Virus record (IMG/VR): IMGVR_UViG_3300021399_000142
DNA from: an uncultured virus (IMG/VR IMGVR_UViG_3300021399_000142)
Lineage: Duplodnaviria; Heunggongvirae; Uroviricota; Caudoviricetes
Reading direction: 5' to 3' (one strand)
Length of the DNA stretch: 20,000 nucleotides
A program made the translations under genes and the position numbers. The notes under the pieces are model-generated. The model worked only from the letters and a program-made list of their open reading frames with translations. It made no database searches and had not been told where the DNA came from. How positions within the stretch are numbered: position 1 is the stretch's first letter; the number at the start of each line of letters is the position of its first letter. Of this stretch, positions 1-8,722 are shown in pieces.

Positions 1-376
1 TGACAGTCTTTTCAATGCCATCTATTAAAAACTCATATTCAGTTTTAGGAATTGCAGAAATTACCATATCCGCAAGGTCATACTTTTCTATTTCATCGTA
101 TAATGCTGCGGGGTCCGCCTTATCTTCTTCAGAGAACTCAATTCCTGGAGCATAGGCGTAGACAATTTCCAAAGTAGTATAAACATCCATCTGCACAGGA
201 TTAGCAAAATGATATTCGTTCTGAGCTACCTGCTGTAAAACTGCGGTAATTAATTTGAGTTTTTCATTAATAGAGAGATACTGTTTAACTTCAATCTCTT
301 TATCATTAATTTTAATCACCTTAATCTTAAGGGGTTGTTCTTTTTTAAGGTCATTAAAAGCTATATTCTCTATCAT
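1..376 (-). CDS. Partial CDS running off the left edge; phage tail-region protein, possibly a tail assembly chaperone
   Basis: Not in the ORF track because its stop lies outside the window. ATG at 376 follows AAAAGGAGG, and the frame MIENIAFNDLKK...EIEVKQYLSINEK...FLIDGIEKTV stays open to the edge. It has its own promoter at 408-436. Function is inferred from position only. Confidence 0.75.
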   Translation of the reverse strand, partial: MIENIAFNDLKKEQPLKIKVIKINDKEIEVKQYLSINEKLKLITAVLQQVAQNEYHFANPVQMDVYTTLEIVYAYAPGIEFSEEDKADPAALYDEIEKYDLADMVISAIPKTEYEFLIDGIEKTV

Positions 377-407
377 AATAGTTCCTCCTTTTATCTCTAT
401 TATCTAT

Positions 408-436
408 AGTATAACAAAAATTTTTCTAGTTGTCAA
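408..436 (-). promoter_or_regulatory. SigA/sigma70-type promoter
   Basis: Minus strand TTGACA (436-431), 17-nt spacer ending TGT, then TATACT (413-408). Confidence 0.85.
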
Positions 437-1497
437 GTTTTTGATACGAAAGAAATATCTTTTAATATTTTATTAACAACAATATCATCTATTGTTGTAT
501 CAACCGCTTTACCAGTCGTGTCTATAAACATTTCAGTTAACATGCTTTTTAATTGCGCTCCATCTGAAATCGTTAAAACATTTTTTAATTTTTTAATTTG
601 ATTAAAAATTGTATAATAATCCATTAAATCAGCACCGCTAGCTTTAATTTGGGTATTTGTGTAGCTATTATCTCCGCCTTTAAAACCGATAACCCTATCA
701 TAAGATAAATTTTTAGTAAAAAATAGCTTTTTTGTTAAATCATAATTAAAAGTAATTTGTTCATCTGAAGCATCGCTTCCAGCTTCATACAAAGACGTAT
801 CTAAACCTTCAATTATGTGTCCTTTATTAAACTGCTGATACCTACCTTTTTTATTCCATAAATTAGTTGGAGTTTTATTTACTTCACTACCATATTGTTC
901 AATTATGGAACTATGTACCATAAAACCATATGTATATCCTGGTTGCATATCTTTAGCCATTATTGAAGTATATAATTTATTAAACGCTGATAAAAAAGCC
1001 TCTTCTTGTTCTGTGTGCTTTATTTTTTTAGCTAAAGTATTTAAAGAGGTAGAAATATTAAAACCTTGTTCTATTCCATGACTTGAAGTTATCTTTAAAT
1101 ATTGTATTATTTCTTCTTCAGATAAAGAAACCATAGCTACAGTTCCTTCCTTAGTCTCTACATAATATCTATAATTCACAACAGAACTTCCAGTAACATA
1201 GGCTCTAAAATTTTGTAAAAGAAGATAACCCTTCAATAATAGCTGTCGCTTTTTAATGCTGCCTCGTTGGAAACTATAAATTGTTTCTTCTTTACCTTTA
1301 GAATTTATATAGGTTTTTTCAATTAATAAAAATTCTTGCCCTATTTTATCAAGCTCAGTTAATAATTTTTGTATATCAACAGATACTATTTTTTGACTAT
1401 CTTTTACAAAAATATCGGCAACTTCATTTACAATAGCTTCTATTTGTTTATCTTTACTTCGTGATTGAGAAAAAAGATTTGGAGTTTTACTTACCAT
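433..1497 (-). CDS. Hypothetical protein, 354 aa; possible C-terminal PD-(D/E)XK-like fold
   Basis: Long ORF with RBS AAGGAGGAG. The C-terminal pattern NKGHIIEG...GGDN...QIKA resembles an E..D..QxK nuclease motif (inference). Confidence 0.75.
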   Translation of the reverse strand: MVSKTPNLFSQSRSKDKQIEAIVNEVADIFVKDSQKIVSVDIQKLLTELDKIGQEFLLIEKTYINSKGKEETIYSFQRGSIKKRQLLLKGYLLLQNFRAYVTGSSVVNYRYYVETKEGTVAMVSLSEEEIIQYLKITSSHGIEQGFNISTSLNTLAKKIKHTEQEEAFLSAFNKLYTSIMAKDMQPGYTYGFMVHSSIIEQYGSEVNKTPTNLWNKKGRYQQFNKGHIIEGLDTSLYEAGSDASDEQITFNYDLTKKLFFTKNLSYDRVIGFKGGDNSYTNTQIKASGADLMDYYTIFNQIKKLKNVLTISDGAQLKSMLTEMFIDTTGKAVDTTIDDIVVNKILKDISFVSKT

Positions 1498-1514
1498 CTT
1501 CTCCTCCTTTCAAT

Positions 1515-1548
1515 AAAAAATAGGGCGGCAGTCAACCGACCACCGCCC
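1515..1548 (-). terminator. Intrinsic terminator after the major tail gene
   Basis: Minus strand GGGCGG-TG-GTC-GGTT-GAC-TG-CCGCCC followed by TATTTTTT. Confidence 0.8.
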
Positions 1549-1610
1549 GCATTTTTATAATTTTAAGCCAAATCAATGACTTTAACTATTAGCCTTCAGC
1601 TATGCTTATT

Positions 1611-2876
1611 TTAGTTTCCAGATTGTGTTTCAGTTTTACCACTTTCACCTGGTGTTTCAGAATTAGTTGACTGAACTGCTGTAAAAGTAGGTGTATCAGT
1701 TGCAGGTTTTGTTGTATCACAATCCATGCACTCATCTTCTTCACCGCTAATACTAAGAATCTGAATATCGCACATTGTCTTCTTATCACATCTTGTGATA
1801 GTATAACCAGGGAATGCATCCATAGTGAAATTGAATGTACTTGGGTCACCAGAAGCCGCCATAGTAAATGTGAAACCAGACTGAACCTTTACTTTAGGGA
1901 AAGTAATGTTAGCAGCAACGTCCTTACCTGTTGCTTCATCACGGAATAATGTTTGTGCTTCAACGTAGAAGTATCCACCGAAGTCTTCAGGTCCAATAGT
2001 AATTGTCTGAACACTATTTGTCATAGCAAGATAGAAATCAACGATAACTGTCTTACCGATTGCTGATGCAGGAACCTTAAGAGTTGCAGGAGCATTAGCA
2101 GTAACTGTAATAGCTTCTGCAATGTCATCTACCTCTAAAAAGTCCTCAGCTCTGCCAGCAGAGCCAATAACAGTTGCATACATAGGAATGCAATCGCAAA
2201 TTAAAAAGCTTGTAGCATTATCGAGACCTGTTTCTTCTTTAAGGTCATTTAATTCAATTTCAATACCACCTTTAGTAGCGTCGCCAGTGATAGTACCAAC
2301 AGTCTTTTCAAGAGTAACGTGTACACGTGCACTCTCACCAACAGCATGGTTAATTAAACCAGCGCCAGAAAGAACTGCAAGACCCATAGGAGACATAAGA
2401 GCGTCTTCTACAGTAAAAGTCATTGTCTTCTCACCTTCCCAAGCGAGCAAACGAGCATAACCTCTACCACCCTGTGCATAAACAGTTGTAGATGCCTGTT
2501 CAAAGTTAGAAGTTCTAGCTGTATCAATCATAAATACAGGCTGATACTTCTTGAAAACTTTGTTACCAACCTTCTGGTTGTTAGCTGCTGCTTTGAAGGT
2601 TACATCGCAAATTTCTCTTCATAATATTTAATTAATATTATGGACTATCTCTTATAATTACTCTAGGTAATTATATACCCATTTCGATTTACATACCAAT
2701 AGTAAACCTACATAATCTATTAAGATTATTAGTCTCTACATCGCGAGGTGTCGTTAACGCCCCATGACTCGGGATTCTCACTTTAAGTGCATTCCCCGAT
2801 AGCCACTCTTATTAAATGACCCCAGTGGTTGCTGGATAGGGTATATTAGTGCGAGATTATTCACACCAAATTTCAT
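1611..2876 (-). CDS. Major tail (tube) protein, spliced: exon 1 2876-2863 plus exon 2 2619-1611, 340 aa
   Basis: Strong RBS AAGGAGGAAAATTAAAT precedes ATG 2876. Joining GT|A gives MKFGVREICDVTFKAAAN...PVFMIDTA, in frame with track ORF 1611..2531. Tube-like motifs VYAQGGRG, WEGEK and FTMAASGDPSTFNFTMDAFP are present. A terminator follows. Confidence 0.8.
2620..2862 (-). mobile_element. Group I intron (IA-like), 243 nt, no internal homing endonuclease ORF
   Basis: P1: exon UUGGUGU pairs with intron GCACUAA, with a U.G pair at the splice site. P3 AUAUACCC/GGGUAUAU; P4 UCGGG/CCCGA; P7 elements GAGACUA and GAUAGUCC; two hairpins between P7 and P3'; P8 AUAAUUAC/GUAAUUAU; P9 CAUAAUAUU/AAUAUUAUG ending in the terminal G at 2620. 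Removing it restores the reading frame. Confidence 0.9.
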
Positions 2877-2902
2877 ATTTAATTTTCCTCCTTAAATTTT
2901 TC

Positions 2903-3700
2903 TTAATTAAAAAATTTTTGAAATTTATTTCTCTTTCTTAATAAAAATAATTCAGGATTATTTTTATACATAAAAGAGTAAAGTTTTAAAGAATCTTTTT
3001 TTCCAAAACGAATTGTTCTTGAAGAAGCATCATAACTGCCACCTTCTACCTTAGCTTTTTCTTTTAAGATTCTTAATAACTCGTCTAGAAATTTTTTACT
3101 ACCACAACAAAAACTTGTATTTATTCGATTATTTTTTATTAAACAAACACATCCATCTCCATCAAAATACCCTCTAATAAAATCAGATAAATACTTTTCG
3201 GGAATAATTGTAGTAGGAAAAGTTAAAGTCAAACTTTTTTGTTCGGAACCACCTAAATTAATTAAATCATCATAAATGACCTTACAACAAAAATTAATTC
3301 TTGATGCTTGCCTATCTACATAATCTTGAATAGGGCCTTCATACTTTAATTCTTCAGCAAATTTTTTTATGATATATTTATCTTTATTTTGTACTGTAAT
3401 ATCAAACATCTTCCCGCCATAAATACATCCATCTGCATACCAGAATCCTAACATATAAGCCATATTAGGTGTCCAAGTTTTAAAATAATCTTGATTTATA
3501 TGCCACTTTCTACCGTTTTGGCTCTGAATTTGACTTTTTTCTATTTTAGATATTTTTTTTATTCTTTTTCCATTATGATAACAAAAAGAATATATTTGAT
3601 TTTTACTGTATTGAGAACCAAAAAACTCAACCCATTCTGGCAAGGTTTTACTCTCACTCTGAGATAAGAGAATCTCCTTGTGTTCCGGTGTTATTGGCAT
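2903..3700 (-). CDS. Free-standing double-motif LAGLIDADG homing endonuclease, 265 aa
   Basis: Two LAGLIDADG helices, YMLGFWYADGC and FIRGYFDGDGC. Start moved from 3757 to ATG 3700 (MPITPEHK), which follows AAGGAGG. Confidence 0.9.
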   Translation of the reverse strand: MPITPEHKEILLSQSESKTLPEWVEFFGSQYSKNQIYSFCYHNGKRIKKISKIEKSQIQSQNGRKWHINQDYFKTWTPNMAYMLGFWYADGCIYGGKMFDITVQNKDKYIIKKFAEELKYEGPIQDYVDRQASRINFCCKVIYDDLINLGGSEQKSLTLTFPTTIIPEKYLSDFIRGYFDGDGCVCLIKNNRINTSFCCGSKKFLDELLRILKEKAKVEGGSYDASSRTIRFGKKDSLKLYSFMYKNNPELFLLRKRNKFQKFFN

Positions 3701-3732
3701 AGCACACTTCCTCCTTAAAATTTTGCAAAATA

Positions 3733-4470
3733 TTAGGAATGGATATCTTCCATCCAATTCTTTACTTCTTCCATATCTTTTGCTCCCGCCATTTTCGCAT
3801 GAACGTAAATATCAAAATCTTGTTTCAATTTAAAACGTTCAAATTCATCCATTATTTGATAAACAGTATATTGCATTAACTCATTCATATCTTTTTGCAA
3901 TCCAACTGCTAAGATAGAAGTATAACGACTAAACAAATTTACTTTCTGTTCTTCGCCCTTCATACTAGCAAGTTTCTGTTGCCTCTTTTTAAACTTTTCT
4001 GCAATCTTGTTGGCTAGGGCATCCGCGGGATTGTATCTACCCTCATCACCACCCATACCATTTAAACAAAATATTTGACGAACTATATCCTGGAATTCGT
4101 CAAAGTTATATTCATTGATACTTGACTCGAAATTTTCTAATTGAAGAAGTATTTTATCTTTATTTATTTTAACCTCTGCGTTTGGAAACATAAGGGTTAA
4201 AACCAACATTGCGTCAGTTTTGTGCTTAGCACTTTCCGCACTATTCATTACTGACATAAATATATTAAAATTGCTTTGATTCTCTAATCCACTTTTGTCC
4301 TGCATATTTAGATTATCTTTATTAAACAAGAGAAAACGAGAGCCAATATGAAAAGCTTCCTCTCCAATATAAGCAATTTCATTTAGGCGGGGTTGGTGTA
4401 TTGCACATCGCCCCATCCTAAATGGAATATCGTTTCCTGATAATAATAATAATTCATCTAACTGCCCCAT
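3733..4470 (-). CDS. Phage protein in the head-tail/tail module, 245 aa
   Basis: Long ORF tightly packed in the structural operon, with RBS GGGGAG inside the end of the upstream gene. Function by position only. Confidence 0.75.
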   Translation of the reverse strand: MGQLDELLLLSGNDIPFRMGRCAIHQPRLNEIAYIGEEAFHIGSRFLLFNKDNLNMQDKSGLENQSNFNIFMSVMNSAESAKHKTDAMLVLTLMFPNAEVKINKDKILLQLENFESSINEYNFDEFQDIVRQIFCLNGMGGDEGRYNPADALANKIAEKFKKRQQKLASMKGEEQKVNLFSRYTSILAVGLQKDMNELMQYTVYQIMDEFERFKLKQDFDIYVHAKMAGAKDMEEVKNWMEDIHS

Positions 4471-4476
4471 TTAATT

Positions 4477-5070
4477 TCACTCCCCTTCGATAAGGTCATC
4501 ATTACCGTGGGTCGCGCTATACATTAAACAATAGCCAGATAAATTTTGATTAAGAACAATTTCATTACAGCCTAAAAAGTTTAAAGTTCCAATTCCAGAT
4601 AACTTTGTATCATTTAAAATACCATCAATATATCCCGCAATCTTAAGCGGTCTTACGGCAAATCCTTCTAGATCCCAATAATCTGTATGACAAATTATAT
4701 CAATTTCAATAGTACAATCTCTATAATAGTCATTTTCAGGATTAGGAATAAAATTATCAAATGTAATCAAGATATAAGATTTAACATCTTCATTTTCTCC
4801 CATTGCTAGCTTAGGACTTGTTTTAATATATTGTTGTTTTCTTAAGTCTGCAATTGAAGTTTCTTTAATCTTCTTATTGTAAATAGGATTAGTTTTAGCA
4901 GATTCCAATAAACAATCTTTAGTATTGATTAAAAGCAAGCGTTTTAATTCATCACTATAAGGTCTACTATCTACAAACAGTTTCTTGATAATTGTTTCTG
5001 CATCTTTCTCACAAGAGAGAAAAGAAGAGCGAAACTTACCAACAAAGCCATTCATCTTAGAACCTCTCAT
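4477..5070 (-). CDS. Putative tail completion/terminator-type protein, 197 aa
   Basis: RBS AAAAGGAGG. Lies between the head-closure genes and the major tail gene. Function inferred from synteny. Confidence 0.65.
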   Translation of the reverse strand: MRGSKMNGFVGKFRSSFLSCEKDAETIIKKLFVDSRPYSDELKRLLLINTKDCLLESAKTNPIYNKKIKETSIADLRKQQYIKTSPKLAMGENEDVKSYILITFDNFIPNPENDYYRDCTIEIDIICHTDYWDLEGFAVRPLKIAGYIDGILNDTKLSGIGTLNFLGCNEIVLNQNLSGYCLMYSATHGNDDLIEGE

Positions 5071-5092
5071 ATATATATCCTCCTTTTATCTC

Positions 5093-6049
5093 TTAAAACG
5101 ACTGAACTATGATTTCCTGTTCTACTACAGCGCCATCATCACTTTGATATGTTAAAATAAACTTTGTAGGTTTTCCTGTCAAAATTTCTAAAACACACGA
5201 AGTTGTCGTCGTTGAACTAATTTTTACTTTATTAGAGTTTACTGCCCATTTACCAGTGGTTAATCCAACAATAGAATAAGATAAATCAGTGTCATAGCCA
5301 TATACAGTACGCGGGCCGTCGATATGAGGCTGCTCTTTATTTGGCTCGTCTGGAACAGGGCTAATCTCAGCATCTTCCATCGGATTATCGTTCCATTCAT
5401 CTAAATAAACATCAATTAAAGACTGACTTGAGTATTTATCTGTAGCTACGACTTTCCAATTATGATACTCTTCTATGATTTCTCCTGTATCTACATCTGG
5501 ATAGGTTAATTTGATTTTAACTACTTGATGTCTAGTAAAAAACTTTATTGTCTGACTATTTTTAATAACCTTCAAAACCAAAGAATAATTAAGATTGTTG
5601 AAGGATATTTGATGTGTAGTTTGCCAATCTGTAGAGATCTCATTTGGACCTCGACCAACCGCCCAATAAGTATTTCCGTCTATATCTATTTCATAATTAG
5701 CACGAGTAATAGTGCCTCTAAAATAGGCTTCTTCTGTATGTTGCTGTAAATCAACCATCCAGAATGCTTTTGTTCTATCCCACCAAAATACAGTTCCTTC
5801 CTGCACGCCAGCATCAAAATCAATTGATAAAATTTTTTTATCATATTCTTCTGTGAGGCGGGAAGGGTTGATTAAACAACGCCACTTACGTTCTTTTTCT
5901 TTACCTTTGTCAAGTGTTATCCATTCAGCTTGATAACTTGAACGCAAGGCACCTTGGAAACTTTTGTATTTACCTGTGACGTTACGACCATCCGCCCTAT
6001 CATATCCAAGATACCCCACTCTTTTCTTCATTCTGTCTAAACCAGACAT
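5093..6049 (-). CDS. Putative head-closure/neck protein with beta-rich C-terminal domain
   Basis: Long ORF. The likely start is ATG 6049 (MSGLDRMKKR), overlapping the upstream stop; the track start is 6079. Function by synteny. Confidence 0.65.
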   Translation of the reverse strand: MSGLDRMKKRVGYLGYDRADGRNVTGKYKSFQGALRSSYQAEWITLDKGKEKERKWRCLINPSRLTEEYDKKILSIDFDAGVQEGTVFWWDRTKAFWMVDLQQHTEEAYFRGTITRANYEIDIDGNTYWAVGRGPNEISTDWQTTHQISFNNLNYSLVLKVIKNSQTIKFFTRHQVVKIKLTYPDVDTGEIIEEYHNWKVVATDKYSSQSLIDVYLDEWNDNPMEDAEISPVPDEPNKEQPHIDGPRTVYGYDTDLSYSIVGLTTGKWAVNSNKVKISSTTTTSCVLEILTGKPTKFILTYQSDDGAVVEQEIIVQSF

Positions 6050-6351
6050 GATTTTAACTGCTTTAACAAACCTAAGCACTCAAAAATTAACTTTCTGAAA
6101 GCAAGATAATCTTCTGTGTTCGTAAGAGTTGTTAAAGCCTCCATTTTGCAAAGTAATGAGAATAAAATTGTTTGGTCGCATTTTAACATTTTACTCATTC
6201 CGCCTACTTCCAAAATTAAATTATGAAGAGGTGTTTCCCAGTCACCGCCCTCTTCTCGAAAAGGAAGTAATTTAAAAACTTGATTAATGATGCGGTCGAG
6301 GTTATCGCAAACCGCATCATTATCAATCTCTATATTGTATTTTAAAACCAT
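6037..6351 (-). CDS. Small phage protein, 104 aa
   Basis: Overlaps both neighbouring genes, consistent with translational coupling. Confidence 0.7.
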   Translation of the reverse strand: MVLKYNIEIDNDAVCDNLDRIINQVFKLLPFREEGGDWETPLHNLILEVGGMSKMLKCDQTILFSLLCKMEALTTLTNTEDYLAFRKLIFECLGLLKQLKSCLV

Positions 6352-6928
6352 AAGTTGGCTCGCTCATAATCGATGCCATGGTAGACTGGATTTCCCCATT
6401 AGACATTCTTATTCTTCTTTTGTAAAGTCTTTGCAAATGCAAACAATCTGACTTGTGTGCATCAATTAAAACTTTTAGTTTTGCCATATGATTAGCTTGA
6501 GAAGTAAATTTAAAATCACTACCAGAATACTTTAAGCGGGTATTCTCTGTAGTATCAAGCTGTTGACCTAACCATCCTATAACCATATTTAATGCAATAA
6601 TATCAATCTCTTCTCTTGTAAGTTCGATATTAAAAGTGCCGCCTACCCATCCGTAGGCGGCAACTTCTTTACCATCACTTTCTACCCCGCAGTACTCTCC
6701 TAAATACCCCCAGGCACCTTCCTCATAATCGAACAAGTCGAAACGAGGAAATTCAAATCTCGAAAGATTATTTAATAATAAATCCTGTAACATCAAGAAA
6801 GTATCTTCTTCAGTAAATTCTAAATCTGTAAACATATCATCTGTGATGTGTGTAAAAAATGCATCATATATAGTACAAAATGAGGTTGGGTTATTTGGAT
6901 CTCTTTTCATCTCTGTTAATTCGCCCAT
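6323..6928 (-). CDS. Putative head-tail adaptor, 201 aa
   Basis: RBS GGGGTAAGG. Second gene after the capsid gene, with C-terminal motif YSGSDFKFTSQANH. Function by synteny. Confidence 0.65.
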   Translation of the reverse strand: MGELTEMKRDPNNPTSFCTIYDAFFTHITDDMFTDLEFTEEDTFLMLQDLLLNNLSRFEFPRFDLFDYEEGAWGYLGEYCGVESDGKEVAAYGWVGGTFNIELTREEIDIIALNMVIGWLGQQLDTTENTRLKYSGSDFKFTSQANHMAKLKVLIDAHKSDCLHLQRLYKRRIRMSNGEIQSTMASIMSEPTYGFKIQYRD

Positions 6929-6946
6929 ACCTTACCCCACTTTCTT

Positions 6947-7555
6947 TTACTTATTTTTGTTAACCACTTTATATTGAGGAACCTGAGCGGCTGGCTGTGT
7001 CTGAATTGGAGTTGTACGACGTGTTTTTCCTTCTGCTACAGGAGTAGAATTCTCTGTCTTAACTCTTCTTTCTTTCTTAGTGACTTCTTTCTGCTCATCT
7101 TCCGCGTTCATAATATGATTTACATTAATAGCATTATTTATATTAAAACCAGTTACTTCTGTGATAATATCACGTTTTCTAATATCAGGAATTTCTTCCT
7201 TAACTGCAATATCTTTACAAAGTTCAATAGCGCCCTCTGGAGCGAAATCTAAGAAATCTCTTAACTGGTCCATTGTTCCACTTAATAGTAAATTACGAAT
7301 ATCATTTTCTGTATAATTATATTCAGGCTCAACTTTCATATTCAAATATTCAAGAGCTGACTGACTTTCAACTACGAATAAGTCATTGAGAGTATAATCA
7401 CCGCCTGGTTGATACTGTAATTGCTGTAATTCTTCTAAGGGAATTCTTTTTGTTTCGCCTGGCGCGAAATTTCTCCAGATACCACGATCGGGAATTGAAT
7501 ACCCTGTAAAACCATTATTTCTATTTCGTACTGAAATTAATTCTTTTCCATCCAT
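6947..7555 (-). CDS. Phage protein downstream of the major capsid gene, 202 aa
   Basis: RBS AAAAGGAG and a charged, low-complexity C-terminus. Confidence 0.75.
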   Translation of the reverse strand: MDGKELISVRNRNNGFTGYSIPDRGIWRNFAPGETKRIPLEELQQLQYQPGGDYTLNDLFVVESQSALEYLNMKVEPEYNYTENDIRNLLLSGTMDQLRDFLDFAPEGAIELCKDIAVKEEIPDIRKRDIITEVTGFNINNAINVNHIMNAEDEQKEVTKKERRVKTENSTPVAEGKTRRTTPIQTQPAAQVPQYKVVNKNK

Positions 7556-7582
7556 AATTTTTACTCCTTTTATCTCATTATA

Positions 7583-7627
7583 TAAAAAGATTGGGGAAGA
7601 TAAAATATCTTCCTTTTATCTTCCCCA
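7583..7627 (-). terminator. Intrinsic terminator after the major capsid gene
   Basis: Perfect 14-bp stem TGGGGAAGATAAAA/TTTTATCTTCCCCA (7592-7605 with 7614-7627), followed on the minus strand by ATCTTTTT. Confidence 0.8.
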
Positions 7628-7657
7628 TATTCTTTTATCTATACCTAATTAACTAAA

Positions 7658-8701
7658 TTATAAGTTTACAGCTCTCTTAAGACTTGTATTCTGATATACG
7701 CAAATTGCGTTAGAGAATACAGCACGAACTCCGACCTTCTTGTAAATCTGAATCTCACGAGAACGATCATAGTTGTTATATTCATCAACAATTGTACCGC
7801 CTTCAAGAGCAATCTTAACTGGCTTCTCTGCGCCTGTAGGGATAATATAAGCAAATGAAGGATCAATTACCTTAACAGTGTTTGTTTCATCTTCATAAGA
7901 CTGAGGAAGAACAACAACTGAATGTCCCTTATAACTAGCGAGATAACCACTGTTCCATCTCTGATTTCTCAATTCATCAGAAACCCAACCAGAGTCAGGA
8001 ACGATAGTTGCAGCAAACTCAAATGTACAATAGATAGTTGACTTACCACTACCATAAGCATCAGCAATACCAATAAGTCTATCCATTTCCTTCTCAACAA
8101 AAGTAGTCTGAGAACTCTTGTTTGCAGCCTGGATGTTGTTAATAGCACCACGAAGCTGCTTCTCGATCTCAACATAGATGCAAGCATCAAGACCTTCAAG
8201 AACAACGTCAAGTACGTCTGCGAAATCTACACGACCATCAAGGAATTCCTCGAATCCGATAGCTGCAGCGCCACCGATGGCGTTAGTCGCTACTTCATAG
8301 CTCTGTCCATCAAGCTTGAATACTTCATATAAACCAGCGAGACCTACTTTACCGATAAACTGCTTAGCACGTCTGCGTGAAGCCTGAGTGATCTTCTGAG
8401 TGAAGATAGGCTTGTCACCTTGATTAAAAGTCTTAATCTCAGCAAACTGAGAGTAGCTTTCCATAACACGTGCAGGAAGCACATCATCAATAGTCTCTTC
8501 CATTAAACTAAATACTGTATTCTTATTTTCTCTGTAAAGAGAATAAGTACCAGCGATCTCCTTAAACTCATCACGAAGAGTTTCCTGTAATTCAGCATAG
8601 CTAAATTTCTTATCTCCAAAGCTGTAAGCAACAGGAGCAGAAGAATTAGCATGAGCTACAGTCTTCGCTAACTTGAGCATATCATTATACTGTAATGCCA
8701 T
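7658..8701 (-). CDS. Major capsid protein, 347 aa
   Basis: Size, position after the protease/scaffold and decoration genes, strong RBS GAGGAGG and a downstream terminator. Confidence 0.8.
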   Translation of the reverse strand: MALQYNDMLKLAKTVAHANSSAPVAYSFGDKKFSYAELQETLRDEFKEIAGTYSLYRENKNTVFSLMEETIDDVLPARVMESYSQFAEIKTFNQGDKPIFTQKITQASRRRAKQFIGKVGLAGLYEVFKLDGQSYEVATNAIGGAAAIGFEEFLDGRVDFADVLDVVLEGLDACIYVEIEKQLRGAINNIQAANKSSQTTFVEKEMDRLIGIADAYGSGKSTIYCTFEFAATIVPDSGWVSDELRNQRWNSGYLASYKGHSVVVLPQSYEDETNTVKVIDPSFAYIIPTGAEKPVKIALEGGTIVDEYNNYDRSREIQIYKKVGVRAVFSNAICVYQNTSLKRAVNL

Positions 8702-8722
8702 TTTAATTTTCCTCCTCTATTC

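Noticed and set aside
1589..1849. Overlapping ORF as a programmed frameshift extension of the tail protein
   Set aside because: It ends only 22 nt beyond the normal stop, adds no domain, and I see no clear slippery site.
1611..2531. Track ORF start MIDTAR as the true start of the tail gene
   Set aside because: It has no RBS, the frame continues upstream to the intron boundary, and the strong RBS is at ATG 2876.
2581..2590. A third copy of TTAGCTGCT near the tail intron
   Set aside because: It is only 9-10 nt and is explained by the Ala-Ala-Ala-Asn codons of the tail protein.
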